Of a DNA stretch of 64,000 nt, positions 30,157 through 40,006 are shown one piece after another. Each line of letters begins with the position of its first letter. Position 1 is the first letter of the stretch. The stretch is from contig CACKJD010000005.1 in assembly GCA_902600485.1 (NCBI GenBank), positions 15,905 to 79,904 of the forward strand. The letters run 5' to 3'. The translations under genes and the position numbers were made by a program. Below the pieces are notes generated by a model that was not told the DNA's origin, searched no databases, and saw only the letters and a list, made by a program, of their open reading frames with translations. The stretch comes from an uncultured Pelagibacteraceae bacterium (GTDB lineage: Bacteria; Pseudomonadota; Alphaproteobacteria; Pelagibacterales; Pelagibacteraceae).

Positions 30157-30999
30157 ATGATATCACAATCACAAAAAAAAGGTCTTTATCTGGTTTCTAC
30201 TCCGATAGGAAATTTAGGTGATTTAACAATAAGAGCGTTAGAAATTCTTAAAAATTCAGATCTAATTCTTTGCGAAGATACCCGTGTTTCTATAAAACTT
30301 TTGAATTATTATAATATAAAAACTCAACTCTTATCATTTCACAAATTTAACGAAAAAAAAAAGACTGAAGATATATTAATCAATTTAATGGGAGGTAAAA
30401 TAATTTCACTTATTTCTGACGCAGGAACCCCTGCAATATCAGATCCAGGCAAAATATTAGTGAAAGAATGTATAAATAAGGATATTCCGGTTACTCCAAT
30501 ACCAGGAGCTTCATCGGTTATAACTTCTTTATCAATAAGCGGTTTTTCTGACAAGTTTATTTTTTATGGTTTTTTAGAAGAAAAAAAAAATAAATTAATT
30601 AAAGAATTAGAATTTCTTTCCAAAATTGATTGTTCAATAGTAATATTTATTCCACCAAAAAAATTAACTAAAAATGTAGAAACTTTAATAAATTTTTTTA
30701 GCAAAAGAGAAATTGTTCTTTGTAGAGAAATGACAAAATTACACGAGGAATTCATTAGATGTAAAGTTGAAGACTTAAAAAAAATTAAAATTTCAGATAA
30801 AGGTGAACTTACTATTGTTATCTCTGAGGTAAAAGAAAATATAAATCCTTTAGGTTTTTTGAGCGAATCTGATAAAAAAATTATTAAAAGAATGCTAAAA
30901 AATAAAAGTATTAGAGATATAATTAAAAGTCTTTCTCACAAAGGAATTCAAAAAAAAATAATCTACGATTATTGTCTAGAAGTTAAAAATGATAAATAA
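30157..30999 (+). CDS. rsmI: 16S rRNA C1402 2'-O-methyltransferase RsmI
   Basis: LYLVSTPIGNLGD, CEDTR, SDAGTPAISDPG, REMTKLHEE. Confidence 0.95.
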   Translation: MISQSQKKGLYLVSTPIGNLGDLTIRALEILKNSDLILCEDTRVSIKLLNYYNIKTQLLSFHKFNEKKKTEDILINLMGGKIISLISDAGTPAISDPGKILVKECINKDIPVTPIPGASSVITSLSISGFSDKFIFYGFLEEKKNKLIKELEFLSKIDCSIVIFIPPKKLTKNVETLINFFSKREIVLCREMTKLHEEFIRCKVEDLKKIKISDKGELTIVISEVKENINPLGFLSESDKKIIKRMLKNKSIRDIIKSLSHKGIQKKIIYDYCLEVKNDK

Positions 31000-31585
31000 A
31001 AATCTTTATTTTTTTCTAATATTACTTGTTCTCTTAAACAGTTGTTCAGGCACTAGCTCAAGAGGATTATTTGGTACAGGAGTTTCTGTGGCAATTGACC
31101 CAAGATCTCTAGGAACACAAATTGATGATTCTATTATGGAAAAAAACCTAATAACCAGACTCACGATGGAAGAAAAGAAATATTTCTTATCCATCAAAAC
31201 CAAGGTTTTAGATGGCAGAATATTTATTACTGGTAAAGTTGATAATCCAGAGGAAAAGTTAAAAATAACTAAAATCGCATGGGAAACTAGTGGGGTTAGG
31301 TCTGTAAGAAACGATATAAAAATTAGAGAAAAATTCAATTTTAAACAATCAGCAAAGGATACGCTAATAACTTCTCAATTACGAGCTGCGCTAATTGTAA
31401 ATAAAAATATAAAATCTAGTAATTATCAAATAGATACTTACAAAAAAAATATTTACATATATGGAATAGCAAGAAATAGAGATGAACTAGAGATAGTTGT
31501 TGATGAAGCAAATTCTATCTTGGATGTAAATAAAATCATTGCCAGTATTCTCTTAGTGGAAGATTTAAGAATCCAAAAAGATTAA
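30989..31585 (+). CDS. Dual BON-domain lipoprotein (DolP/YraP-like)
   Basis: Lipobox LNSC; D.RS.GTQIDD; two BON repeats. Confidence 0.85.
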   Translation: MINKNLYFFLILLVLLNSCSGTSSRGLFGTGVSVAIDPRSLGTQIDDSIMEKNLITRLTMEEKKYFLSIKTKVLDGRIFITGKVDNPEEKLKITKIAWETSGVRSVRNDIKIREKFNFKQSAKDTLITSQLRAALIVNKNIKSSNYQIDTYKKNIYIYGIARNRDELEIVVDEANSILDVNKIIASILLVEDLRIQKD

Positions 31586-33867
31586 TTTTTTTTATAATCA
31601 ATTATCTCAGCTGAATAAGCCGCAACAGATGCTAAATTTAGTATATCTGAAGTTGAGCTTCTCAATGGAGCAATTTCAATAGCTTGCCCCAAACCTATTA
31701 AAAGTGGTCCAATTAATTTTGCTCTACTCATGGACTGTATCATCTTATAAGATATCGCAGCACTGTGTTGACTCGGCATAATCAAAACGTTTGCATTGCC
31801 AACAATTTCAGAAAATGGATATAGTTCTTGAAACATATCCTCTAAGGCAACATCTGGCTGCATCTCACCATCAAATTTAAAGTCAACATTTTTCTTCTTA
31901 AGCATCTCAACAGCATCACTTATTCTTTTTGTTCTGTCTGTTGTTGGTTGGCCAAAAGTGGAATGAGATAAAAAAGCAATTTTTGGATCAAATCCAAATA
32001 GTCTTACAACTCTAGCAGCTGAAATTGCCATTTCGGCAAGTTGTTTTTCGTCAGGGTATTCAATTACCGTAGTATCACAAATAAAGATGGTTTTTCCTCT
32101 ATTAACTATCATATTTAAACCAAACATTATTTCACCTGGCCTTGGGTCAACAACTTTGGAAATTTTTTCAAGAGATGCTGAATATCTTCTGGTATTCCCA
32201 GTAACCATTGCATCTGCATCCCCACATGAAACCATACAAGCGCCAAAAGTAACTCTATCATTTCTAACAAGTTTATCACAATCTCGCTCTAATAATCCGT
32301 CTGTTCTTTGAAGTCGTTTAAATAAAAACTCTGTGTATTTATTTCTTAATTTTTCGTTTGTTGAATTAATAATTTCAATGTCAAAGTTTTCTCCATATCC
32401 AATTTCATTTAATTTTTTTCTAACTATCTCTTCTTTAGCAATTAAAATAGGTATACCCAATCCACTGTTTTTGAATGAAATTGCAGCTTTAAGATTGTTT
32501 TCATCTTCTCCATCTGCAAACACAACTTTTTTTTGATTTTTTTTAATTTGCGAATTTATACCTTGCATAACAGCTACAGTTGGATCAAGTCTATTTTTTA
32601 ATTGTTCTGAGTAATTCTCAAAATTTTCAATTCCTATTCTTGCAACACCAGTTTTAATTGCAGCTTTAGCAACTGCGAGTGGTATAACGCTTATAAGTCT
32701 TGGATCAAAAGTTGACGGTATAATATAGTCTTTTCCATAAACTGGTCTTTCACCACCCATTGCAGCGACTACTTCATCAGGAACTCTTTCTCTTGCTAAT
32801 GAAGCTATAGCATGTACTGCAGCAACTTTCATTTCCTCATTGATGGTTTTTGATCTAACATCAAGAGCTCCTCTAAAAATATATGGAAAGCCAATTAAAT
32901 TATTTACTTGATTAGGATAATCTGATCTACCAGTTGCAATAATTGCATCATCTCTTACTTCTTCAATTTCTTCAGGAGTAATTTCTGGATCAGGATTAGC
33001 ACAAGCAAAAATTATGGGCTTTTTTGCCATACATTTTACCATATCTTTTTTGAGAACTCCTGCTTGAGATAAACCTAAAAAAACATCGGCATTTTTAATA
33101 GCGTCATTTAAACTTCTATCATTTGTTTTAATTGCGAATTTATTTTTCCATTCATTTAAGTTATCTCTACCTTTATAAATAACTCCTTTTGAATCAAGCA
33201 TTTTGATTTTATTTTTATCTACCCCTGAGTTCATAAAAAGTTTTGCGCATGCCATTGCAGATGCGCCTGCACCATTGATAACTACATTTATTTCATTTAG
33301 CTTTTTTTTTGCAATATCGCAGGCATTAATTAATGCTGCACTAGTTATTATTGCAGTACCATGTTGGTCATCGTGAAAAACTGGAATATCTAATATTTCT
33401 TTTAATTTTTTTTCTATAATGAAACACTCAGGTGCTTTTATATCTTCGAGATTAATTCCTCCGAAACTTTTAGAAATATTTTTTATTGATTTAATTATTT
33501 CTTCAGTATCGTTAGTGTCAATTTCTATATCAATTGAATCTATATCTGCAAATCTTTTAAATAAAACAGCTTTTCCTTCCATAACAGGTTTCGACGCTAT
33601 GGCTCCTAAATTACCCAGACCTAAAATTGCTGAACCATTACTAATTACTGCTACTAAATTTCCTTTAGTTGTGTAATCATATGCTCGGTCAGGATTCTCA
33701 GCAATTGCTTTTACTGGTGCAGCAACACCAGGTGAGTAAGCAAGGGCTAGGTCTCTTTTTGAAGTCATCGGTTTTGATGAGATAATCTCAATCTTGCCTG
33801 ATTTATTGCTATTATGAAATTCTAATGCTTCTTTATCCGAGTAATGTTCAATTTTATTTTTTTTCAT
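31582..33867 (-). CDS. maeB: NADP-dependent malic enzyme with PTA-like domain
   Basis: LALAYSPGVA, GGINLEDIKAPECF, FHDDQHGTA, TGRSDYPNQVNN, C-terminal PTA-like domain. Confidence 0.95.
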   Translation of the reverse strand: MKKNKIEHYSDKEALEFHNSNKSGKIEIISSKPMTSKRDLALAYSPGVAAPVKAIAENPDRAYDYTTKGNLVAVISNGSAILGLGNLGAIASKPVMEGKAVLFKRFADIDSIDIEIDTNDTEEIIKSIKNISKSFGGINLEDIKAPECFIIEKKLKEILDIPVFHDDQHGTAIITSAALINACDIAKKKLNEINVVINGAGASAMACAKLFMNSGVDKNKIKMLDSKGVIYKGRDNLNEWKNKFAIKTNDRSLNDAIKNADVFLGLSQAGVLKKDMVKCMAKKPIIFACANPDPEITPEEIEEVRDDAIIATGRSDYPNQVNNLIGFPYIFRGALDVRSKTINEEMKVAAVHAIASLARERVPDEVVAAMGGERPVYGKDYIIPSTFDPRLISVIPLAVAKAAIKTGVARIGIENFENYSEQLKNRLDPTVAVMQGINSQIKKNQKKVVFADGEDENNLKAAISFKNSGLGIPILIAKEEIVRKKLNEIGYGENFDIEIINSTNEKLRNKYTEFLFKRLQRTDGLLERDCDKLVRNDRVTFGACMVSCGDADAMVTGNTRRYSASLEKISKVVDPRPGEIMFGLNMIVNRGKTIFICDTTVIEYPDEKQLAEMAISAARVVRLFGFDPKIAFLSHSTFGQPTTDRTKRISDAVEMLKKKNVDFKFDGEMQPDVALEDMFQELYPFSEIVGNANVLIMPSQHSAAISYKMIQSMSRAKLIGPLLIGLGQAIEIAPLRSSTSDILNLASVAAYSAEIIDYKKN

Positions 33868-33917
33868 TGTTATTATTTATGTATACAATTGAGCCAATAT
33901 TAAGACTAATATGATTT

Positions 33918-35447
33918 ATGAATATAATTAAGTCAACTGGGACTTTCAGTTTTTATACTTTAATAAGTCGTATTTCAGGTTATTTAAGAGATATTCTTAT
34001 TGCAATATTTCTTGGCTCCGGACCTATTGCCGATGCTTTTTTTGTTGCTTTTAGAATTCCAAATACTTTTAGAAGATTGTTTGGCGAAGGATCATTCAAT
34101 GCTGCATTTGTTCCAAGTTATTCTAAAGAATTAGTTAAAGGAAAAAGAAAATCAGAGAACTTTGCTAATAATATTTTTAACCTTTTAACAATTTTTCTTT
34201 TAGCATTAGTGCTCCTAGTAGAGTTATTTATGCCTGTTTTTGTGTCATTAATTGCGCCCGGTTTTAAATCTAATCCAGAAAAATTTGCTTTGGCAACTCA
34301 GTTAACAAAAATTACTTTTCCTTTTATACTATTTGTTAGTTTAGCATCTTTTTTTTCAGCTATTTTAAACTCACATAATCGCTTTGCAGCAGCTTCGGCT
34401 GCACCAATTATTCTAAATCTTGTAATGATAGGAATATTAGTTTTTGGGAAAATTTTAGGTGAAAAATTAGTAATATTTTTATCCTATGGCGTATCAATTG
34501 CGGGATTTATTCAAGCTTTTTTTTTAGTGATATTTGTTAAAAGATTTTTTAAACCAAAATTAAAATTCAATTTTAACATTTCAAAAAATGTTAAATTATT
34601 TTTCAAAAAACTTTTACCAAGTATATTTTCTTCCGGCGTTACTCAAATAAATATTTTAGTAGGAACAATTATTGCCTCTTTTCAGGCAAGCGCAGTGTCT
34701 ATTTTATATTATGCAGACAGGATATATCAAATAAATCTTGCAATCGCAGGTATAGCAATAGGGACTGTTATACTACCTAAATTGTCTTTTTACATTCAAC
34801 AAAATAAAAAATTAGATATAGATAAAATACAAAACAAATCTCTGGAATTGTCATTGCTCTTGAGCCTTCCTGCGATGTTGGCATTAATTATTGCAAACGA
34901 AGAAATTGTATCATCATTATTTGGTTATGGATCATTTGATGAAATAAGCGTAAAAAATTCTGCAAAAGCTCTGCTATATTTTTCTATAGGCCTCCCCGCG
35001 TTTGCTTTAATAAAAATATTTTCAAGTTTTATTTTTGCAAGAGATAATACTAAAATTCCTTTTTATTTTTCTACCGTATCTGTTTTTATAAATATTTTAA
35101 TTAGCGTTTATTATTTTAAGGATTTAGGTTTCATTATAATACCGATTGCAACTTCAATATCATCATGGATTAACTCTATTTTTTTATATATTTATTTACA
35201 TAAAGAAGATTATTTTAAAATTAATAAAAAATTAATTATACAAATTATTAGAGTTGCTATTTCAACTATAACAATGGGTATATTACTTCAAAACTTACTA
35301 TCTTATTTTGACAGTGAACTGTCTTTTGAAAATAATTATAAATTTATCTATCTTTTTTTTATAGTAATATTGAGTATCTTAATCTATTTTGTAGTTTCGT
35401 TAATTACTAAAGCTTTCAAATTGAGTGATATTAAAATAAAGTATTAG
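33918..35447 (+). CDS. murJ: Lipid II flippase MurJ
   Basis: SRISGYLRD, DAFFVAFRIPNTFRRLFGEG, YYADR. Confidence 0.95.
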   Translation: MNIIKSTGTFSFYTLISRISGYLRDILIAIFLGSGPIADAFFVAFRIPNTFRRLFGEGSFNAAFVPSYSKELVKGKRKSENFANNIFNLLTIFLLALVLLVELFMPVFVSLIAPGFKSNPEKFALATQLTKITFPFILFVSLASFFSAILNSHNRFAAASAAPIILNLVMIGILVFGKILGEKLVIFLSYGVSIAGFIQAFFLVIFVKRFFKPKLKFNFNISKNVKLFFKKLLPSIFSSGVTQINILVGTIIASFQASAVSILYYADRIYQINLAIAGIAIGTVILPKLSFYIQQNKKLDIDKIQNKSLELSLLLSLPAMLALIIANEEIVSSLFGYGSFDEISVKNSAKALLYFSIGLPAFALIKIFSSFIFARDNTKIPFYFSTVSVFINILISVYYFKDLGFIIIPIATSISSWINSIFLYIYLHKEDYFKINKKLIIQIIRVAISTITMGILLQNLLSYFDSELSFENNYKFIYLFFIVILSILIYFVVSLITKAFKLSDIKIKY

Positions 35448-35448
35448 T

Positions 35449-36450
35449 ATGGGAGTTAAAAAAATTTTTTCAGGTGTTCAACCTACCGGTAATCTACATT
35501 TGGGTAACTATATAGGAGCTATCAAGAACTTTGTTGATCTACAGAATGAAAATAACGAGTGTATATTTTGTGTAGTAGATTTACACGCCGTCACCGTAAA
35601 ACAAGATCCTGAAATTTTAAAACAAAATACTAGAGAAACAGCCGCAACATTTTTAGCATGTGGTATAAATCCACAAAAGAGTATAATTTTTAACCAGTCG
35701 TCTGTATCAGCACATTCAGAGCTTTCTTGGCTGTTAAGTTGTGTAGCTAGAATGGGTTGGTTAAATCGAATGACACAATTTAAAGAAAAGGCTGGAAAAG
35801 ATAAAGAAAAGGCAAGTGTTGGTCTTTATATTTATCCTATTTTGATGGCTGCAGATATTCTTTTATATGATGCAACTCACGTACCTGTGGGGGAGGATCA
35901 AAAACAGCACTTAGAATTAGCTAGAGATATTTCAAAAAAATTTAATACAGACTTTGATATGCCTGATTTTTTTAATATTCCAGAACCATTAATTCAAAAA
36001 AACTTTGCAAGAATTATGAGCTTAAAAGATGGTAAAAAAAAAATGAGTAAATCAGACCCATCTGAATTAAGCAGAATAAACTTAACTGACTCAGATTCAG
36101 AGATAATTAATAAAATTAAAAAAGCAAAAACAGACACCAGTCCTTTTCCAACAAATATTAATAATTTAAAGTCTAGGCCTGAGGTAGAGAATTTAATTGG
36201 GATTTATTCATCCTTATCAGGAAAAACAATTGATCTTTTATTTAATGAATTTAAAGACAAAAACTTTTCTTTTTTCAAGGAAAAATTATCAGAAGTTATA
36301 GTTGAAAAAATTTCACCGATCTCAAAAGAAATTAAAAAATTAAATCAAGATAATTCTTATATTGATCAAGTTTTACGAGATGGTAGCGAAAAAGCTTATG
36401 AATTATCATCAAAAAAAATACATGATATTAAGAAAAAATTTGGTTTTTGA
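35449..36450 (+). CDS. trpS: Tryptophanyl-tRNA synthetase
   Basis: SGVQPTGNLHLGNY, VGEDQKQHLE, KMSKS. Confidence 0.97.
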   Translation: MGVKKIFSGVQPTGNLHLGNYIGAIKNFVDLQNENNECIFCVVDLHAVTVKQDPEILKQNTRETAATFLACGINPQKSIIFNQSSVSAHSELSWLLSCVARMGWLNRMTQFKEKAGKDKEKASVGLYIYPILMAADILLYDATHVPVGEDQKQHLELARDISKKFNTDFDMPDFFNIPEPLIQKNFARIMSLKDGKKKMSKSDPSELSRINLTDSDSEIINKIKKAKTDTSPFPTNINNLKSRPEVENLIGIYSSLSGKTIDLLFNEFKDKNFSFFKEKLSEVIVEKISPISKEIKKLNQDNSYIDQVLRDGSEKAYELSSKKIHDIKKKFGF

Positions 36451-36495
36451 GTATTATTTACTTTAAAAATTATATGTAATACTTATATTTATTGT

Positions 36496-37035
36496 ATGTT
36501 CGTACAAACTGAAATAACCCCTAATCCAAATTCATTAAAATTTCTTCCTGGGAAAAGTGTATCTTTAATTGGACCGATAGAAATTACAGATATTAGCAAA
36601 ACTAGCAATGATCTTATTAGGAATATATTGTCAATAGATGGAGTAAGAGGTGTTTTTCTTTCTGATAACTTCATTTCTGTAAATAAACACAATGAGTTTG
36701 AGTGGGAGGATTTAAAACATATTATCATATCATTTATTAATGATTATTTTGCTAATGGAAATGAAAATGTTATTTCAAAAAATGAAGAAACGAAGGAGTT
36801 AGATACTTCAACTGTAGAGGGTCAAATTATTAAAATATTGGAGACTAAAATTAGACCTGCTGTTGCAAGGGATGGAGGCGACATTAAATTTAAAGAATTT
36901 AAAGATGGCATAGTTCGAGTAGAACTTCAGGGCGCATGTTCTGGATGTCCCAGCGCTGCATTAACTTTGAAACAAGGGGTTCAAAATTTGCTATGTCATT
37001 ACATACCTGAAGTAAGAGAAGTTGAGGCTATTTGA
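36496..37035 (+). CDS. NifU/Nfu-family Fe-S scaffold protein
   Basis: TPNPNSLKF; IRPAVARDGGD; GACSGCPS. Confidence 0.93.
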   Translation: MFVQTEITPNPNSLKFLPGKSVSLIGPIEITDISKTSNDLIRNILSIDGVRGVFLSDNFISVNKHNEFEWEDLKHIIISFINDYFANGNENVISKNEETKELDTSTVEGQIIKILETKIRPAVARDGGDIKFKEFKDGIVRVELQGACSGCPSAALTLKQGVQNLLCHYIPEVREVEAI

Positions 37036-38189
37036 AAAAAATTTTCCCAAATAAATTAATTAAAAAAAACTTTAATATTAATCAATTTTTAAAGCTTAAA
37101 AAATTTTTATCATCTCAAGGTATAATTATTAAAAAAAAAACAACTTTTAAATTTGGTTTTGAAAAATTTAAAACTTTATATTTAACAGGACTATCTAGTT
37201 TATTTATAATTATAATTTCTTTTATAATACCATTGTTATCAGATATGAGTCCGCAGGTTGCCAAAAATTTTAAAATTAATGACTCAAATAAAAAATTTAA
37301 AAAGATTTTAGAAGGTGGCGAGTTAGAAAAAAATTCAAAGATAGATGAGGGGCTGGATTTATCAAATATTTTGGAGGATGTTTTTAAATTTGAAGATTTG
37401 CCTGAAGACACCGTTCGGCTTAGCGCATCTACAATAGAACAACTTTTTGAGGATACTAATTATTCATTAAGTGAAGTAAGAAAAAGTAAAAAGGTTAAAC
37501 CAATAAGGCTCTCACTTTTACCAAATGAAATCAAACAGATCGAAAGTTCAAAAAAAAGAAAGAGCTTATTTATTCAAATTATTTTGCCACTTATATTAGA
37601 GGAAAATAATTTAATTTTGTTAGATAGAAAAAAACTGTTTAGTATTTTAAACAAAAATAAAAATTCAAAAAAAGAAATAAATTGGTTAAATCGAAAATTT
37701 AGACAATATGGAGTTTTAAATAAGGATATACCCACTTTAAAAGTGCGAATGGATATTGTTCCTGTTTCATTAGCTATAGCTCAAGCAGCAAAAGAAACTG
37801 GGTGGGGAACATCTAGGTTCGCTCTTGAAGGAAATGCACTGTTTGGTCAATGGACATGGTCTGGAGATGGTATTAAACCTGCCGGTGCTGACAGTGACAC
37901 TAAACATAAAGTAATGAAATTTAGAGTATTAAAAGCATCTGTGAGAGCTTATCAGAGAAATTTAAACACTCATTCAAGTTACAAAAATTTTAGACAATTA
38001 AGAGCTCAATTGAGAGATGACAGTGCGTCTCTTGATAGTTTATTGCTCGCTGATCAATTAGATAATTACGCTGAGACCGGCAAAGAGTACACTAAAATAC
38101 TTAAACAAATTATAAATCAGAACTCTTTAAAAGATTTTGATGATGTAAAATTAATGCCTCTTAGTGTTAAATACAAAAATTTGATCTAA
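37032..38189 (+). CDS. Glucosaminidase-domain (Bax-like) protein; TTG start
   Basis: AIAQAAKETGWGTSRFA.EGNALFG, Y..NLNTH..Y, YAE.G..Y. Confidence 0.8.
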   Translation: MKKIFPNKLIKKNFNINQFLKLKKFLSSQGIIIKKKTTFKFGFEKFKTLYLTGLSSLFIIIISFIIPLLSDMSPQVAKNFKINDSNKKFKKILEGGELEKNSKIDEGLDLSNILEDVFKFEDLPEDTVRLSASTIEQLFEDTNYSLSEVRKSKKVKPIRLSLLPNEIKQIESSKKRKSLFIQIILPLILEENNLILLDRKKLFSILNKNKNSKKEINWLNRKFRQYGVLNKDIPTLKVRMDIVPVSLAIAQAAKETGWGTSRFALEGNALFGQWTWSGDGIKPAGADSDTKHKVMKFRVLKASVRAYQRNLNTHSSYKNFRQLRAQLRDDSASLDSLLLADQLDNYAETGKEYTKILKQIINQNSLKDFDDVKLMPLSVKYKNLI

Positions 38190-39244
38190 TTTACTTCAAT
38201 TGACATTTGAATACCTAACCATCTCCAAATATCTCCATCATTAAGTGAGCAATTTATTCTACCTCTCCTGAAAGTAAATTTTTCTCTAAAATCAATTTTG
38301 AGAATATTATCCTCAAATTTCATGATTGAATTTCTCCATTCATTTCCTTCGTTTGAAAAACAATTAATTTTTTGGATATTTTTTTGTTCCTTAAAAAATT
38401 CAATCTCAACAGTTGGGGGATTTTGATCTTTACTTATAAATTTATCACTAGGTTTTAAATTTTTATATGCAATTGGAAATAATTTTAGAATAAACTCAAA
38501 TCTTTTTAATTCGCCATATTTTTCATTTATTGGAAATCTAGGTAGCTCAAAACGATTTTTAGTTAAATCAATTACCCCAGAATGTTGACCAAAACCATAT
38601 TTAAAATTTCCTTCAATAAATTCTTTTTGTTTTAAATTATATTCTCCAAATGGGTAGGAAAAAAAAATTGGGTTATATCCTAATTTTTCCTCAAAAATTT
38701 TTATAGAATTTTTAATATCTCCTTCGAACTCATCGTATGAAAAATCCAACAAATATTCGTGAGTATGTGAATGATTACCTATAAAAGCAAAATCATAACT
38801 TGATACCTCTTTAATTTGGTCCCAGTTCATGTATCCAGGCTTTCCCACTGGTTCTGTAGAGACAAATAATATAAATGGTATCTTTTTTTTCTTAAGAATT
38901 GGCCATGCATTATCATAAAAGGATGTAAACGCATCATCCACAGTTATTAAGATTTTTTTATTTTTCTTTGGATTATTAAATTCATTATCGAACACAGATG
39001 GATCATAATATTCTATATTATTTTTCTCAATTAGTTCGAGTTGCTTTTCAAAAACATCTATCTTAATATTTGTCGATGGATATTTATTTTCATTAAATCT
39101 ATGGTACATAATAGATATAACACCATGGTCATTAGGATAATATTTAATATTTTTTTCTGCATGAGCTGAACTATTTATGAAAAACAAAATCAAAAAAAAT
39201 TTAATAATAGACGCAGCAAATGAAAAAATTATTTTCAAAATCAT
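38186..39244 (-). CDS. Periplasmic polysaccharide deacetylase (NodB family)
   Basis: IMYHRF, ITVDDA, GNHSHTH, FSYPFGEY. Confidence 0.88.
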   Translation of the reverse strand: MILKIIFSFAASIIKFFLILFFINSSAHAEKNIKYYPNDHGVISIMYHRFNENKYPSTNIKIDVFEKQLELIEKNNIEYYDPSVFDNEFNNPKKNKKILITVDDAFTSFYDNAWPILKKKKIPFILFVSTEPVGKPGYMNWDQIKEVSSYDFAFIGNHSHTHEYLLDFSYDEFEGDIKNSIKIFEEKLGYNPIFFSYPFGEYNLKQKEFIEGNFKYGFGQHSGVIDLTKNRFELPRFPINEKYGELKRFEFILKLFPIAYKNLKPSDKFISKDQNPPTVEIEFFKEQKNIQKINCFSNEGNEWRNSIMKFEDNILKIDFREKFTFRRGRINCSLNDGDIWRWLGIQMSIEVN

Positions 39245-39569
39245 AGATAAGAATAAAACTTATACTAACGAATATGATAACAGTAGAAAAAACTTTGACA
39301 AGTTTGCTATGCTTTTGTTCAAATTTTTAGATAAAAAGAAGGTTAATTTTGAATTAGTTGAAAAAGTTATGGTAAATTTAGGGCCAGGTAAATATTCAAG
39401 TATCAGAACCTCAATATCGACTTTAAAAGCTCTAAACTTAATATATAAATTCAAAATTTATGGATTTTCTTCAAAAGATGTTGAAAAATATGACTATTCA
39501 AGAGTTTTTGAATTATTAAAAAAAGGTAAATTAATAAAAAAATTGATTAAACCACTTTATATGAGTTAA
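39177..39569 (+). CDS. tsaB: Short TsaB-like protein
   Basis: VNLGPGKYSSIRTSIS resembles TsaB V..GPGSFTG.R; conserved location before fur-miaB. Confidence 0.6.
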   Translation: MKNKIKKNLIIDAANEKIIFKIIDKNKTYTNEYDNSRKNFDKFAMLLFKFLDKKKVNFELVEKVMVNLGPGKYSSIRTSISTLKALNLIYKFKIYGFSSKDVEKYDYSRVFELLKKGKLIKKLIKPLYMS

Positions 39570-39578
39570 AATAATATT

Positions 39579-40004
39579 ATGACAGATACAATAGAGCAAA
39601 AATGTTTAGCCAAAGGTGTAAAATTAACCGATCAAAGAAAAACTATTGCAAGAGTTATATCTGAGTCTAAAAAAAATTATGGTGAGTCAGATCATCCTGA
39701 TGTCGATGAACTTTATAAAAGAGTTTCCGACATAGATAGCAAGATAAGTATTGCAACAGTTTATAGAACAGTAAAATTATTTGAAGAGTCTGGCATTTTA
39801 ATGAAACATGATTTTAAAGACGGAAAAGCAAGATATGAGCTTAATGATGATCATAATCATTTAATAGATATAAAAACTGGAAATATAATTGAATTTACTA
39901 GTGATGAAATTGAAATTATTCAAAAAAAAATAGCAGAAAAACATGGATATAAGTTAGTTGACTCAAAACTTGAACTTTACTGTGTTAAAAATAAATCTGA
40001 GTAA
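39579..40004 (+). CDS. fur: Fur/Mur-family metalloregulator
   Basis: T.QR, DHPDV.ELY.R, ISIATVYRTVKLF, HLIDI.TG.IIEF. Confidence 0.9.
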   Translation: MTDTIEQKCLAKGVKLTDQRKTIARVISESKKNYGESDHPDVDELYKRVSDIDSKISIATVYRTVKLFEESGILMKHDFKDGKARYELNDDHNHLIDIKTGNIIEFTSDEIEIIQKKIAEKHGYKLVDSKLELYCVKNKSE

Positions 40005-40006
40005 TT

